Assembly: GCA_951406725.2 (NCBI GenBank)
Contig: OX597839.1
Location: 36,270,001 to 36,334,000 of the forward strand
Direction: 5' to 3'
From: Octopus vulgaris
Lineage: Eukaryota
Length of the DNA: 64,000 bases
The notes under the pieces are model-generated. The model did no database searches. It was not told where the DNA came from and saw only the letters and a program-made list of their open reading frames with translations. A program made the position numbers and the translations under genes. Below, piece by piece: positions 38,977-52,957 of this stretch. The stretch's first letter is position 1. Every line of letters starts with the position of its first letter.

Positions 38977-41900
38977 TTTATTTTTTATTATTATTTTTTT
39001 TATTATTTTTATTATTATTATTTGCTTCTCTTGTCGTCTGGGGTACCTCCCACCTTTGAGTCCTTGCTCCGTTGCGCTAAAAAAAAAAATGTCTCTTATC
39101 CCTACCCCTCTCCCTTTTCACCCTCCTCCCACTACAACTTTGTTCACTGATATTTGCTAATATCTTGATTAATCTCATTAAACCTTACTACGATTTCTGA
39201 GAGTTAGCATTTTTTCCCTTTGATGGATCTTTGTAGACTGGTGACTTTAGACTTGATGGACATCTCAATGTAAGTTAATATCAATTTTGTGTCCTTATTT
39301 AGTTGGAGGTATATGTGAATGAACAATAAATATATATATATATATATATCTATATATATATATATATATATATCTATATATGTGTATATATATATGTGTG
39401 TGTATATATATTATATATGTTATACATATATATGTGTATACTTATATACGTGTATATATGTATACGTATATATGTGTATATGTATATATTTGCGTGTGTG
39501 TATGTATGTATATATACATTACATATATATATATCTATATATATATGTATATAACTTAACTTGCACTGAAAACTTTTAATATGCGTACACACTCATACTT
39601 ACAGGCATATATGATGCATACACACACATATATATATACACACACATGTATGTATATATGTATACATACATACATATGCACACATAAACACTAGTTCTAT
39701 GAGACCAACCAATCTTGTAGCACCTGAATGATTTAGTCATACATATTTTCTTGGCTGTATGAAAAAAAAAAAAGGTTAAAAAAAAAAAAAATCTTTCGTC
39801 CACCCTTAATACCCTAGTTTGTTAAATTTTTGTACTCCACTCCGTACATGATAGCAAGCATGATTTCCTCCTCTCTACTATTGACTGTTCAGACCTCATA
39901 GGGCCACTGCATGCAGAAGAGTTTTTCTGCATTATCAGAGTTATGTCAGCATGATAAAATTTCTCTTTTTTTTTTTTTTTTAACCTTATTCTCTCTTTTG
40001 GCACTTTCTGTCTTTGTCCTTTGCTTGCTGTATGGTACCAGTAATAAAAAAAAAAAAAAAAAAAAAAAGACAAAAAAAAACAACTTTGTTGTCCAACCCT
40101 GATCTGAATGGCTCTCCCCATTTCCCCTTACTCCCCCACCTCAGTCTCAAGCTGCTATTTTCTTTATTAACAACTTTTCGTAAAGTGTCACCAGGCTGAA
40201 GTGTTCTACAAGCATCTCTTTTCCTGCCGATTGCTTTCCTTGCCTGCCATTCTGTCTCTTCAATATATACATATAATATATATATATGTTCAAGACCCAC
40301 ACCTATAACATAAATGTTTTAGATAAGCTGTTACTATTATTATATCATGTTGAAGTTATACAATCTCTAATGACAATGGCAGTGGCATGATATTACCAAA
40401 CACTCGAGGACAACAGTGGATTCCTTGCAATTTATCTTTTGTTACAAATATTATTGTTTTTCCCAATGAGTAGCACTCGATAGAGAAACATTGTTTTACT
40501 GTATTTTCCCTCCTTTCTCTTGATTAACTTAAGAATAATTAACATTTAAGTTCATTAAGAAAGAGAACAACATTAAGAGGAAAACGAAAAAAACTTCAAA
40601 CAAATTGTGTATTTTATAGAATTCTAAAAGTAAACTAAAAGACATATTTGTGGGTTTTATTTTCTTTTAATCAAACTACAAATATCTTAGTTGCTTACGT
40701 CCATGATATCTTCTAAGATTTGTGAAAGATATTTTTTCTTTAAATTTAAATTTGAATGGTTTTCCCCATAAGTTTTACCTGATCTGAAATAAGCTCATTA
40801 AGGAAACTAAATTGTTCTTGTTTCCCCTCCATCTCCACCTCTGAGTTACCTGTTTGTCTGGCATCCTTACCTGAGTCCAGTTTCCAACGAATCTTCTAGA
40901 ATGTTTTTCAACTATGCCTTTTTTATATACAACTATTCTTTTCATATATGTGCATATATATATAGATATATATATATATGTGCGTATGTGTGCATATACA
41001 TATCTATCTATACATATCTTCTTTTATATGTTGTAGAGTACTTCAGCTGTTAGCTAGTAGATTTTTTGCTACTAAATATATCTCCTTGTCTATTTGCTTT
41101 CTGATTGTTATATAGTCCTTACTGCTCGCATTATATGGTACTGCTCATAGTATTACATAGTAGTGCTCATATCATTATATATTGTACTGCTCATAGTATT
41201 ACATAGTAGTGCTCATATCATTATATAGTACTGCTCATAGTATTACATAGTAGTGCTCATATCATTATATAGTACTGCTCATAGTATTACATAGTAGTGC
41301 TCATATCATTATATAGTACTGCTCATAGTATTACATAGTAGTGCTCATATCATTATATAGTACTGCTCTGATTGTTACATAGTAGTGCTCATATCATTAT
41401 ATAGTACTGCTCATAGTATTACATAGTAGTGCTCATATCATTATATAGTACTGCTCTGATTGTTACATAGTAGTGCTCATATCATTATATAGTACTGCTC
41501 TGATTGTTACACTGTACAGTTGATACTGTTATATAGTACTGCTTATATTATTACGTAGTACTGCTGAGATTGTTACATAGCATTGCTCATAGTATGTTAT
41601 CCACTGCCAAGGTAACGTAGTGTTTCTGTTCAGAAGATTTATCTGGCTGGCATTAAGGAACTCTGTGCATAGAATAGAATTATAGATTAAGCATTGAAAA
41701 AGTTTAAAATATACACACCGTGAAAGACATACAGAAAAAAAAAGAAAAAATACAAGTCTGTGCCTGAAAATATCTTTTCTCTCTCTTGCAACCATTTTCT
41801 CTCTTTATTCCAAAATTCATTGAAAAGTAATTCTTACTTACCAAAAGTAAATGTTACTTACCTGATGCTCAACTCTTTATTTAAATTTGTCTTCATTTCC

Positions 41901-44900
41901 TATTTTATATCTTTATTTATTTCTGTGTTTCTTTAAAGCAATGAGGCCCAAACTTTATGCATTACAGATCCTAGTAAATTTGTTGATATCGAAAACATTG
42001 AATGCTGGCATTTAGACTATAGTCTGTATTGGAGCTGTAAATTAATGAAACTGGCCTGGTTGTTTTGGGGAATTCACTTTCCTAAAATTAGTTTAACTTC
42101 TTCCCTTATTTTTGATTTATCCACAAAATTTTATTGAAATACAGTTTAACATCATTTTTTTTTTCTTCATTTTATTATTTATTTATTCATTTATTTTGTC
42201 ATTGGTTTCTAACTCAGCTGCTAACATTTTAATATAAATTATGCTTCAATTTACGCTTTAATTAACATTTGAAATTATATACTAAATTTGCGTATTTTGT
42301 ATTTTGTGATTAAATTTGAGGAAACTGTGAATTCTCTTTAACGATTAAAACTGCTAAATGCTGGTGGGTCATGGTTATAATACGGTAGGGTTGTTATTGG
42401 TGCAATTAGCAAGAGACTCTTCGGGTTTCTTTGTAATTAAAAATCAATTAATTCTATGATGCTTTGTATGCTTAACGGTTCGTTTTTCATTGTTTACAGT
42501 TTTTACTGGATTCATTAGGAATTTTTTCTCTTTAAAAAAGATATTTCAGTTGTGTTTTAAAACCAGCGAGAAAAAGCCCCATTCGACCCATAAACTCGCT
42601 AAGCACAACGTTTTTATGCTTTTGTTGTAGATTGATTTTGCAAGTCGAGATTGTCAGACAGCATTTTTTGAGAAAATGGAACGGACTGGCCAGTTGCAGC
42701 CTGGAGAACGTCCAGATGAGCGAGGTGGTCGCTTATATAGACACAACAGAGGAACAAGCTTTGAATATTACGATTCACCTGCAACGCCGTCTGCTTACAA
42801 AGAAGACACTGCACGGTAAAGACTTGACTCATTTCAGTAGAAATAGTTCTGTTTTACTTTCTAGTTTAACCCTTTAATATTCAGATTAATCTATTAAATA
42901 TCCTGTTTATTTGTTCATGTTGTTTTGAAGTAATCATGCTTTGTCCCATAGCTTCGAGATTTTAGTGGTGCCGTGTAAAATACCAATGACATGCAAAGGG
43001 CACCAGTACTGGTGGCTTGTAAAAGGCACTCGTGCCAGTGAGGTGTAAAAGGCGCCCATGCTAGTGAGGCATAGAAGGCACCCCGGTTGGTGACACCTAA
43101 TAGGCACCCATGCCAACGACTCTGTGGAGTGGTTGGAGTTAGGACGGGCATCCAGCTGTAGAAACAAAGTCAAAACAGACTTAGGAACCTGGTGCAACTC
43201 TCTGGCTTACCAGCTCCGGTCAAACTGCCCAACCCATGCCAGCATGGAAAATGGCCATATGATGATGATGAGGATGGTGATTGTCTATATTTAGAATGAC
43301 ATTGTAAGGTTAGTGTGAGAGGCCAAATCTGGCCAGTTTAAACACAGGTAGAACATTGGGGTTTGGATATTGCCAGTTTAAATAGTAAAGTTAATTTCTA
43401 AATTGGATGCTTTTGATGCTCATTTTAATCCATCTCGTTTATAGTACCCCCCCCCCCCTTCATCTCCAATTGTTTTGCAGTGATGTTGTTTATTAATTCT
43501 GAATTTTTAATTTGTTGTTGTTGTTGCAGCTATGAAGCTACTGGCAATGTCAGCACCGTTTCCTCCACATCCCGGGTTGCCATCACGGCAACGCAGTTCA
43601 CAACCACCACAAAAAGGAATCGTACGACAACCTTTCCTGCCACTTCGTCGAGGCAAGGATCTTACAGAGGGCGTCACTTCACAGAAAATACTTACTCAGA
43701 AGAATTTCCTGCCACACAAAGGCAAAGGCAAGTTTTATTATCTAAAAAAAAGTGTCAGCCAAAAACTTGAAAAAAAAAAATTTTTTTTTAATTACTAGAT
43801 TTATTCAATCATCAGTCTTCAGCATCATTTAATCAGTCATGAATCAAGTTGTCTATATAATCAATCATTATTAATTAATCTTAATTAATCATCAGTTAAT
43901 CTTCACCATTATCTTATCAATCAAGTTGTCTATCTAATCAATCGTCATTGGTCATTTAATCACCTGCCATTGTCATCTCATCAGTCATCATCATCATTCA
44001 ACCAATCACCATTATCGTCTAATCCATGGGTTGGTGAACTGGGGTAAATTACCCCTGGTAAAGTAAAAATGAAATTCTTGGGGATAATGAGGGCTCATTC
44101 GGCATAAATTAAGATTATATAAAAAACCTGTTAGGAAACGGTCAAAAACCTACCTTTGCAAACAAGGATTTTCCACTCTAATGAACAGACAAAGCAGCGT
44201 AATCGATTGGACCCCAAAGACTGTATCCGAATTGCTTTGGCATCAAAATGCCCCAATTTTGATGTAATTGTAAGAAAAGTGAAACCTCGTTTCTCCAAAA
44301 CCTGAAGTGAAAAAGTTTCTAGGAAAATCCTTTTGCTTCATAGTGATATTTATTTTATCACATTTGTTTTATAGTTTTTTATATTTATAATTGTGTTCTC
44401 CATATAAGTAGATTCAATACACCTTTTAAATTCAAAGAATCTATGATTTTCTTCCTTTCAAATCAAGGGGCTAACGTTGGCATAAATATATATATTTTGG
44501 GGTGATTGGTTAAACCCCCTGATCTAATCAATCACTAGTGTCCTAACCCCTATTTAACTATTGTTAAACCCCTGATCTAATCAATCACTATTGTCCTAAC
44601 TCCTGATCTAATCAATCACTATTGTCCTAACCCCTGATCTAATCAATCACTATTGTCCTAACCCATGATCTAATCAATCACTATTGTCCTAACCCCTATT
44701 TAACTATTGTTAAACCCCTGGTCTAATCAATTACTAAGGCATGATGTCAAAGATTTACCGTTTCTCCACAGTCTTAGAAAACTAACATTTGTCAGAAATG
44801 CTCAAATTTACTCTGAATGTAGTTGGTTGTTGTTGTTGTTGTAGTTGTCGTGATCTTTATTGGCAACCTGTTCTGATTTTTATATATTCTCTTATATTTT

Positions 44901-47900
44901 GTAGGCACATAGATGAGTACAGCCAAGGCAGTGCTCCTCCTTTCACTGAAGAGGATTCCTATGAGCAGGAATTGAGAGAATATGGTTATAGTCAAAGAGA
45001 AAGACGGGAACGGGGCAATGTGACTCCACCGCGTCGTTACCACAGTCCTTATCGGGAAGACCGACATTCAAATTTAGACAAAGAGTCAAGTCGAGGCAGT
45101 CGTTATGATGAAAGTTTCAGTAAAGACCGATACGAATATTATAGCAGTGATAGTGCAGTGAGTGATACTGGGCGTGATGACTCCTGGCTTGACCACCACT
45201 CCTTAGAAATCTCAGACAGACACTCAACGTCATCAAAAATAAAGTATTCTTCACGAACAGAAAATCGGTTGAAGCAGTCATCTCGGGACCACAGCCCGAC
45301 TACTTTAGACTTTCCTTACAGACATTCTCCGGTGAGGCGGAGAAGCAAAAGCCGTAGTCGGAGTAAAAGTGGGAGTCGGACAGAAAGTCGGAGTAGAAGC
45401 CGGACGCCCCTCCGAGAGAGGAGAAAAGACTCGGTTTTCCGACCCAAATCTCCCCAGACACCGCAGACCCCACCAACACCCACAGAGGAAGAACCACCCA
45501 TTTATTCAAAAATTCGACCAATTAGTCCGTTTGACGAGTTTGAACGGACAGGAGATATTAAAAAGATGTGCAGAACAGACGATAAGATTGAATCTCTGCG
45601 AGCCGTTGAGCACGAGAAAGTTTACAATGTGAAGTGTCTTGGAAACCCTGCAATGTCTTATGTAAAGGGGGAAAGTGAGCGACTACGGTCGGAGTTGACA
45701 CCAGCACGTAAGAAGAGTCGAGAATTTGATGATAGCAAGCACGATATACTGTCGTCGCGGCTCCACAAATCCCAACAACCGTCTTCGAGTCGGTTGGTTG
45801 AATCATTAATCCAGGACAGACACCAGGTGCTACTAAAAAAGGTGGAAGAACTACATCACGAAAAGCGTCGAATGAGCCGACACAAGTTGTTAGATCCGAG
45901 CCACACTGGCTCTAGTCATTCTAGTGCCCATGATGACTCTGATCATGGCTCGTTCACAGAAACTGATCTTGGCCATCTTCATCGAGAGAAACGATTGCTG
46001 CTTGAGAAACTGAAGCAACTTGAGGATGCTGGCAGCACGAGCGACAATGAATCCTCAACGCACGACGAACTGCGTGATGACGGCCGTGGCCGTATTGTAC
46101 CGCGAAAGATTCGACCGGACGAGTCTCTTCTCGGCAGTTTACGGCATGGGTTAGCGGCGGAATTACACAGCAAAGAGAAACGCAAACTAGAACCGTCTCA
46201 GAGTTTTCGCAAACAAATGGAAGCTCGACGACTACTGGAACAAACCCAAGGAGAATCGATTTCAAAACCGAAAAAGGTTGCTGAGAAAGTTGTGATGCTT
46301 GATGGAATGGATAGCGAGGGAGAGGAGGAATTGACTATTACGTCGCCGACCGTCATTTTGACGTCGTTTAAGCCTAAACGTAAAAAGAAATTGGAAGGGG
46401 ACGAAGTGGTATCTGGTGTACGCAGCGGCAGATTCTATCGAATGAAAAGAAGCGGTGGAGTGAGCAGTGATGACGAAAAAGACCATAAGTCAATGGAGGT
46501 TGATGAGAGCACGGTACGGCGGTCGAGTCGAGAAGCAGGGAAAGATGAACTCTCCACTGTGATTGGTCGGTTTAAAGAACAATCCAGGCATTCGGAACAC
46601 AATCGGGATTCTACGGAATCCAGTCACAAAGAATCCAGAGAATATAAAATGGTCCACATGATAACGTCGAAAGACAATTCTGAGTCTGGCACTAAAATCA
46701 TCAAGAAGGAGATGTCGGTTGATGAGATTATTCAAGACCCTCGGCATGAAATAAAGAAGGAGGAACCTCTTTCTTTACCATTGCCTCGGTTTGCATTGAA
46801 GCATAATGCTTCCCCTATGGAGTCTCCTCAGTTATGTCCTTCGCCACCGCCAATGCCTGCGGGACCTAAAGTTCGTTCACCCTGTTTCTCGCCACAGAGC
46901 AGTAGCAAATCGCAGTCCCCGGTCATGTCTCCCGCCGGTTCACTGTCTGATATTTCTCATGATACAGCTAATTCAAACTTACCCGAGTCAGGTTTAGCAT
47001 TGCAGGACCAAAAAGAAGAAGACCAGCTGAGCAAGGACCTAGCTGCCAGTTCCAGTGGCTCTAAGTCCATGATCCCCAATCCAGACGCTGAAGATAATTT
47101 ATCTGACAGCTTGAGTGAACTTAGCTGTTCTTCTTTGGATGAAAAAATCCGTCAGTTAGACAAAAAACTAAATATGGCACCAGTCCCTCGACCGGTTGAC
47201 ACCTCAACACCTGGATTATACGGTAAATACAAGATTAAAAAAAAGGAATCTTCTTTAAGTGGATCTGGTGTTTTATCTTCTAATTTACGCAGTGAACCAT
47301 CTGATATTGTGAAATCTCTACTGTCACGGTCCAGTATATTTGACCAAGACTCTAAACGCTTGGAGCAGATAAATGAGAAATATGAACCGAAGGAGATCAC
47401 CATCAACATGGAGGACTCTCCCCCCAAGATGAACATCCGTACAAAAGCAGCTGCCAAAGAAATGCCCCCAACAATGCCCCAGAACTTCAGCCCCCTTTAT
47501 AATCCATTTGTATCAACGTTGAACCTCTCTTCCTCCTACCAACACTTCATTCCTGGTGTTTATCCCCAGCATCCTGTGATAGGTGTCACCGCCACTACTA
47601 CCACCACCACCACTACCACCATAACCACCACAACCACCAACACCACCTCCTCTTCCTCCTCCACCACCACCACCAGTACCCCACAATTCTGGTCAAATTC
47701 TGCAGTTGCTAACAGCTCCCCTACCAAATCACCAGCTGATACATTTCCTTCAATGAAAAAGCACTTGGTTACCTCCAACACAACTGAATTGTCTGTCAAA
47801 AATGAGGATCCTTCTCAAGTGTTACCTTCAACATCCACCTCATCACCAGTTGAATTTAGTTCACTTTCTGTAAAATCTACTGCAGAAAGCTCTCTGGTTG

Positions 47901-50900
47901 GCTCTACTAGTCCTGTGGTCAGTCCATCTTACCATACCCCTGATATTGTGGTCAAGAAGGAGGCAACAGGCCCTTTAGGTATTGAAGTCAAGAAGGAGGG
48001 TGCTGACTGGATACCACCAAAGAAAGATCTCAAGCTGGAAGAAACCAGTGAATTTGATGCAAAAGAGAAAAGGGATGTCGTCCCTAGTCCTGTTTCTATA
48101 CCGTCCACGTCCTCTGTTTCCTGCTTAGGTAAAAGGAAAACTTGTGATGAATTTGATCCTGTTAGGAATAAGTTGATGAAAATCGAACCAAAAAACTGTC
48201 CTTCCTCAAAACTGACCGAAGTTGTGAGAAGTGAAACTGTTGAGAAACAACTCATCAAAGAGGAAAGTCAAACTCCCTCTCAACCTCAACCCCTGGTGGC
48301 TCAAGGACAGCCAGTGACCACTCCTGTGCAGCAGCACAGAAAGAAAGCAAAACACAGTGATTCTAGCAAAGTTAAAGATGACAGTGACAAGAAGGTGTCA
48401 TCAAGTTCGTTGAATAAACCGAGCAAGTCACCGGAAAAGAAACTCGTTAAGATACCGAGTCGGGAAAAGTCGGAGAAGAAAGAAACGAATGAAGTTGACA
48501 AGAAAGAGGAGAAGAAATCGGCCGAGTCCACTTCTCAGAAAAAGGAGTCGAAAAGTAGTGTGAAAACGGAGAAAGAGTGTGAGCGATCGTCTGATAAGTG
48601 TAAATCCAATAACAAAGATTGTGGGGGGAATGAAGTTGAAGAGAAGAGCAAGACGAAGGCGACCCACTCTGAAAAGAAACACGAGAAGACGGAAAAAAGA
48701 GAGAAAAACCGTTCGAAGAGCATTGAGGGTAAAGTAGAGAAAGAGCGTAAGGACAGCAGCAAAAGCGAGTCTGAGGTGAAAGAGTGCCACAGGAAAGAGA
48801 AATCATCCAAGTCAAAAACTGAAAGTCGGTCGAAAAGTAAAAGCGAGGACAAAAGTGGTGAAGGTGACGTTTCAAAAAATGGACGAACGAGTCACAAAAG
48901 CGAAAATGAGAAAGCAGAAAGTGATGCTGCATTGAAGTCTGTAAAATCCCACAGGAAATCCGAAGAGGATAAAGAAGAGAAGGAGAGAGGCGAGGGTGTG
49001 AAAAGCGATGCTGCAAAATCTAGCAAGAGCCAACACCGAAGTGAGCCAGACAGTGAGAATCAGTCGAAACCCACTAAATATCATCACAAGGCAGAGTCTG
49101 ATAAAACTGAATCTGAGCTTTCTAAGACGACAAAATCACATCACAAATCTGACGGCAGCGACAAGTCGGAGAACGAAGCGGGGAAACCGTTAGCAAAATC
49201 TCATCATAAATCTGTCGACAGTCAGGAGAAACAAGAGGTAGACTCTAGCAAATCTAAGTCTAGTAAAAGTGAACACGATAAAGGTGAAGCTGATAACTTG
49301 AAACCAAGTAAGTCTCACCATAAACACGAGAGTGAGAAAGTCGAGAGTGAATCCACTCCAAAGTCAAGTAGCAAGTCTCACCATAAACACGACCAAACGA
49401 AATCTGAAGCGGATTCGACGAAATCTTGCAAGACTTATCACAAATCGGAGAAAAGCAATCGGAGTGCATCGGAACGCAGTCGGAAAGACAGCACTCGTCT
49501 GAGCTCCGATAGGAAAAAGAGTGAAAAGGAAAAATGTGAAAAATCCGAGAAACAGGAAAAGGACAAGTCCGAACGCTTTGAGAAGTCGGAGAAAGACTCA
49601 AAAAGTGAAAAGTCTGACAAGTGTGAGAAAGGAGAGAAGGAAAAAGTTGAACGGGATAAAAGTGATAAAGAAAAGTCGGAGAAGGAAAAGTCCGAGAAAG
49701 TTGAAAAATCCGAAAAGGAAAAATCCGAGAAAGAAAAAGAGAAATCCGATAAAGACAAAACTGATAAAGACAAACCAGAGAAGGAAAAACCAGATAAAGG
49801 AAAGCCTGATAAAGATAAACAGGAGAAACCTGACAAAGACAAGCAAGATAAACCTGATAAATCCGATAAGGAGAAACCAGAAAGACCCGAGAAGGACAGG
49901 TCGGATAAATCTGATCGATCGGAAAAGACGGAGAAATCCGACAAATCTGAAAGTATGGAGAAAACGGAAAAGTCAGACAAGGAAAAATCTGAAAAAGAAA
50001 AATCTGGGGACGAGAAGAAAAGCGAGTTCTACCTCGATGCCTATGGCCCGTACGTGTCTATGTACGACAAGGTGAAGCGGAGATCCTGCAGCAACAAGGA
50101 CAAAGAAATGGAAGACATGAGGAAGAAGTTGAATCAACTGAAGAATACCCGGAAAAAGAGGGGCAGCAAGCCAAGCCGCAGCGACGAGACAGAAAGTAGT
50201 GTACAGAACACTGATGACGAAAGCAGTACAAGTACATCTTTTGTGGCTTCCAAAAAGGAAACGTTGATCGAAGAGAAAGACGAGACTTCGAGTAAGAAGA
50301 AGAAACGCAACGTGATTGAAAGTTCTTCGTCCGAGGAAGAACCCCCAACATTTGTGCCTATGCCGAGTAAACGGGAATCGAAGAAACCCTCTCCGAAAAC
50401 TCGACCTCTGCACAAAAAGCCTAAAACTGTCCTTGATGTGTCGTCCGATAGCGATCCAGATGAGAAAGACTACAAAGAAATTCCATCGAAATTACCGAAA
50501 GAGAGAATAAGCAGTTCCCTGTTGATCTTACAAGAGCAGAGAAGCAGTTCTGGCGATGCTAGAAAAGACAGCCAAGACGAAGCTACGATCGAGAAAAGCG
50601 AGAAGACCAACCGCAAGAAGTCTTCTGGTAAGGAGAAGAAGAAGAAATCCGAGAAGAAGAAGAAGAAATCGAAGAGATCCACTGACAATAAAGTAAGCAA
50701 AGAAGAGAAAGGTGTGTTAAAGTCTTTAGCAACATTCGATAGCAGCCTTCCTGAAAGCTCTGATGTAAACCCACTGACAGCTGAAGGAACTGATATGGAA
50801 TACATGGACCTGCCTTGTGAAGATTATTTTCCTGTCAAGTCTGAAGAAAACTACCCGAGTGGAGGCGAAAGTGTTAAAACTGAGGCAGAACAACTCACTT

Positions 50901-52922
50901 TCACTACCACAATGACCACAAACACCATTACAACAACTATCACGACTGTAAGTCCTTCTGGCGATGTCACATCTTTGACAGCATCCACTTTACCTGCCAT
51001 CACTTGTGCAGTGTCTGACAACGACGCCGATGACACGGTGACGGCCGACTTGGAAGATGTGAAACCATTTGCAAAACGAAAATCCAACAAAGAAGTTTTC
51101 TCTCACAAGACTGAAGACTGCCTGTTTTTGGATGTCAATCAAGGGGAAGAGGTCACGAAAGATCCCGAAGAGAGCCACCATGCCGATACAGAAGAGGAAC
51201 CACCAGATGTGTTGAGCAAACCAAACAAAAGCAAGAAGAAAAAGAAGAAGGAAAAGAAAAAGCATGAAACTAAGTCAAAGAAAAGTTCTAAAAAGAATGT
51301 ATTGAAAATGCCACTGGTGGAAGAAGATGAGGATGAGATTTTTACCAATGAGCAGGAAGCAAAAGAGGAACAGGCTGACGTGAAGTCCCTAACGGTGAAA
51401 GACTTTGGTGGTTTAGTCAGCCCGAAGGCAGAAGAAGATTCAGTGAAGGTGGAATCTTTGCCAGTCAAAGAGCAAGTGAACGTTGATGTGGATCCCGAGA
51501 TAAAACAGAAGATTAAGAGGACGTCTTCGTGTGAAGATCTGAAGGAAAGCGCAACTGACTTTGTCGACGACAGCGAGAAAGAAGCGAAGCAGAGTGGTTT
51601 CGAAAGTGGGGAGAGCGAAACTGTAAAGAGTGAAATCGAAGACACAAAGGAAGAGTGCGTGAAACTGGAAAAGACTGAAGCTGAAGAGGAGGAAAGAGCA
51701 GGAGATGGGGACAAAGTAGAACATGGGGTTGAAGATGTTTATGATTTTGAGAAATCAGAAAATATCACAGAGAAGATTCAAGATTCTGAACAAATTAAGA
51801 AATTTGAGAAAATTCATGAGACAGAGAAAGTTAAGAAGACTGTTTCTGAATTTCTTTCCAAGAACGTTTGTGAAAAGACACCGGAATTTCTTTTGTTCCC
51901 GATGGGATTAAATGAAGCAGTAGAACAGCCCAATGGTGAGCAGGACGAACCGACTGACTTGGATGGCATCAAAGAAAAGTCTGTCCAAATGGAAAGCCCT
52001 GCACATTCGGACAGCAAAGACATCGATAGTCCTTACAGTGTTAAAGAATTGGAGGAGAGCGTATCTGATGTGTTTATTGATGCCAAAAGACCAAATACTG
52101 ACTGTAATTCTGATAAAATAAAACCCGACTGGCTGGAAATTAAAGTTAGAAAACAGTTGATGAAAAACTTCAATCCTTATTTGTTACTGAAGGAGAGCTG
52201 TGATTCAGTCCTGTCACTCGACACTCCTGATGTTGTACAAGAATTGGACAAGAGCAAAAATCTAGAAGTGACCAGCGAAACTAAAGAAGAAACCTCGGAA
52301 GAGAAATCCGTTTCCGATAAAGAGAACAATGCGTCTTCAGTTGACAAACTGTCGGCATCGTGTGACAACATGAAGAAAGGAAATGTAATGATCTATAATT
52401 TTGACTTTAGTGAATATGGTGGTGAAGGCGATGGCAATAAACTTATTGTGTGTGAAAGCGAAGAGAACAAGCTTACCGACAATGAACTGTGTAATAAAAT
52501 CTCAACCTGTAACCCTAGCCCCATAGACAAAACGCAGGGCAGCCACTCGGACACGAATCGCAACATTGGTCATCACATTTATGACTTTGATGATGCATCT
52601 GACGATGTCTATGACATAATCTGCCCTGAGAAGTCCTCGAAACTGTTCAGTGAGAAAGAATGTAAGGTGAAAACCAAGTTCAACTTCATCGAACGCTCCA
52701 AGAAGGTTTACAGCTTGCATTCGCCGCATAAAAGTGAGAAACTGTTGAACAACTCCGACATGAGTAAGAAGATTTGTGAAAAGCTCGAACAGAAGCTGTA
52801 TGGCCTGGATGCGATGCTGCTGAAGAAGATTGGCAAAAAGATGCCAGGCTTTGATATGAGCATCTCGGAGGAGAAAATCTATGACGACGACATTTCAAAG
52901 TCCCATTCTGTAGAGCAACAAG

Positions 52923-52957
<35 letters not shown>

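Noticed and set aside
36501-39913. Five TGCATG (RBFOX) motifs around the candidate microexon
   Set aside because: TGCATG is common in this TG/CA-rich sequence; enrichment cannot be shown without a background count.
44789-44904. N-terminal extension MSEMLKF...CCCCC of the 4,381-aa ORF
   Set aside because: Intronic read-through upstream of the acceptor at 44904, with a non-ATG start.
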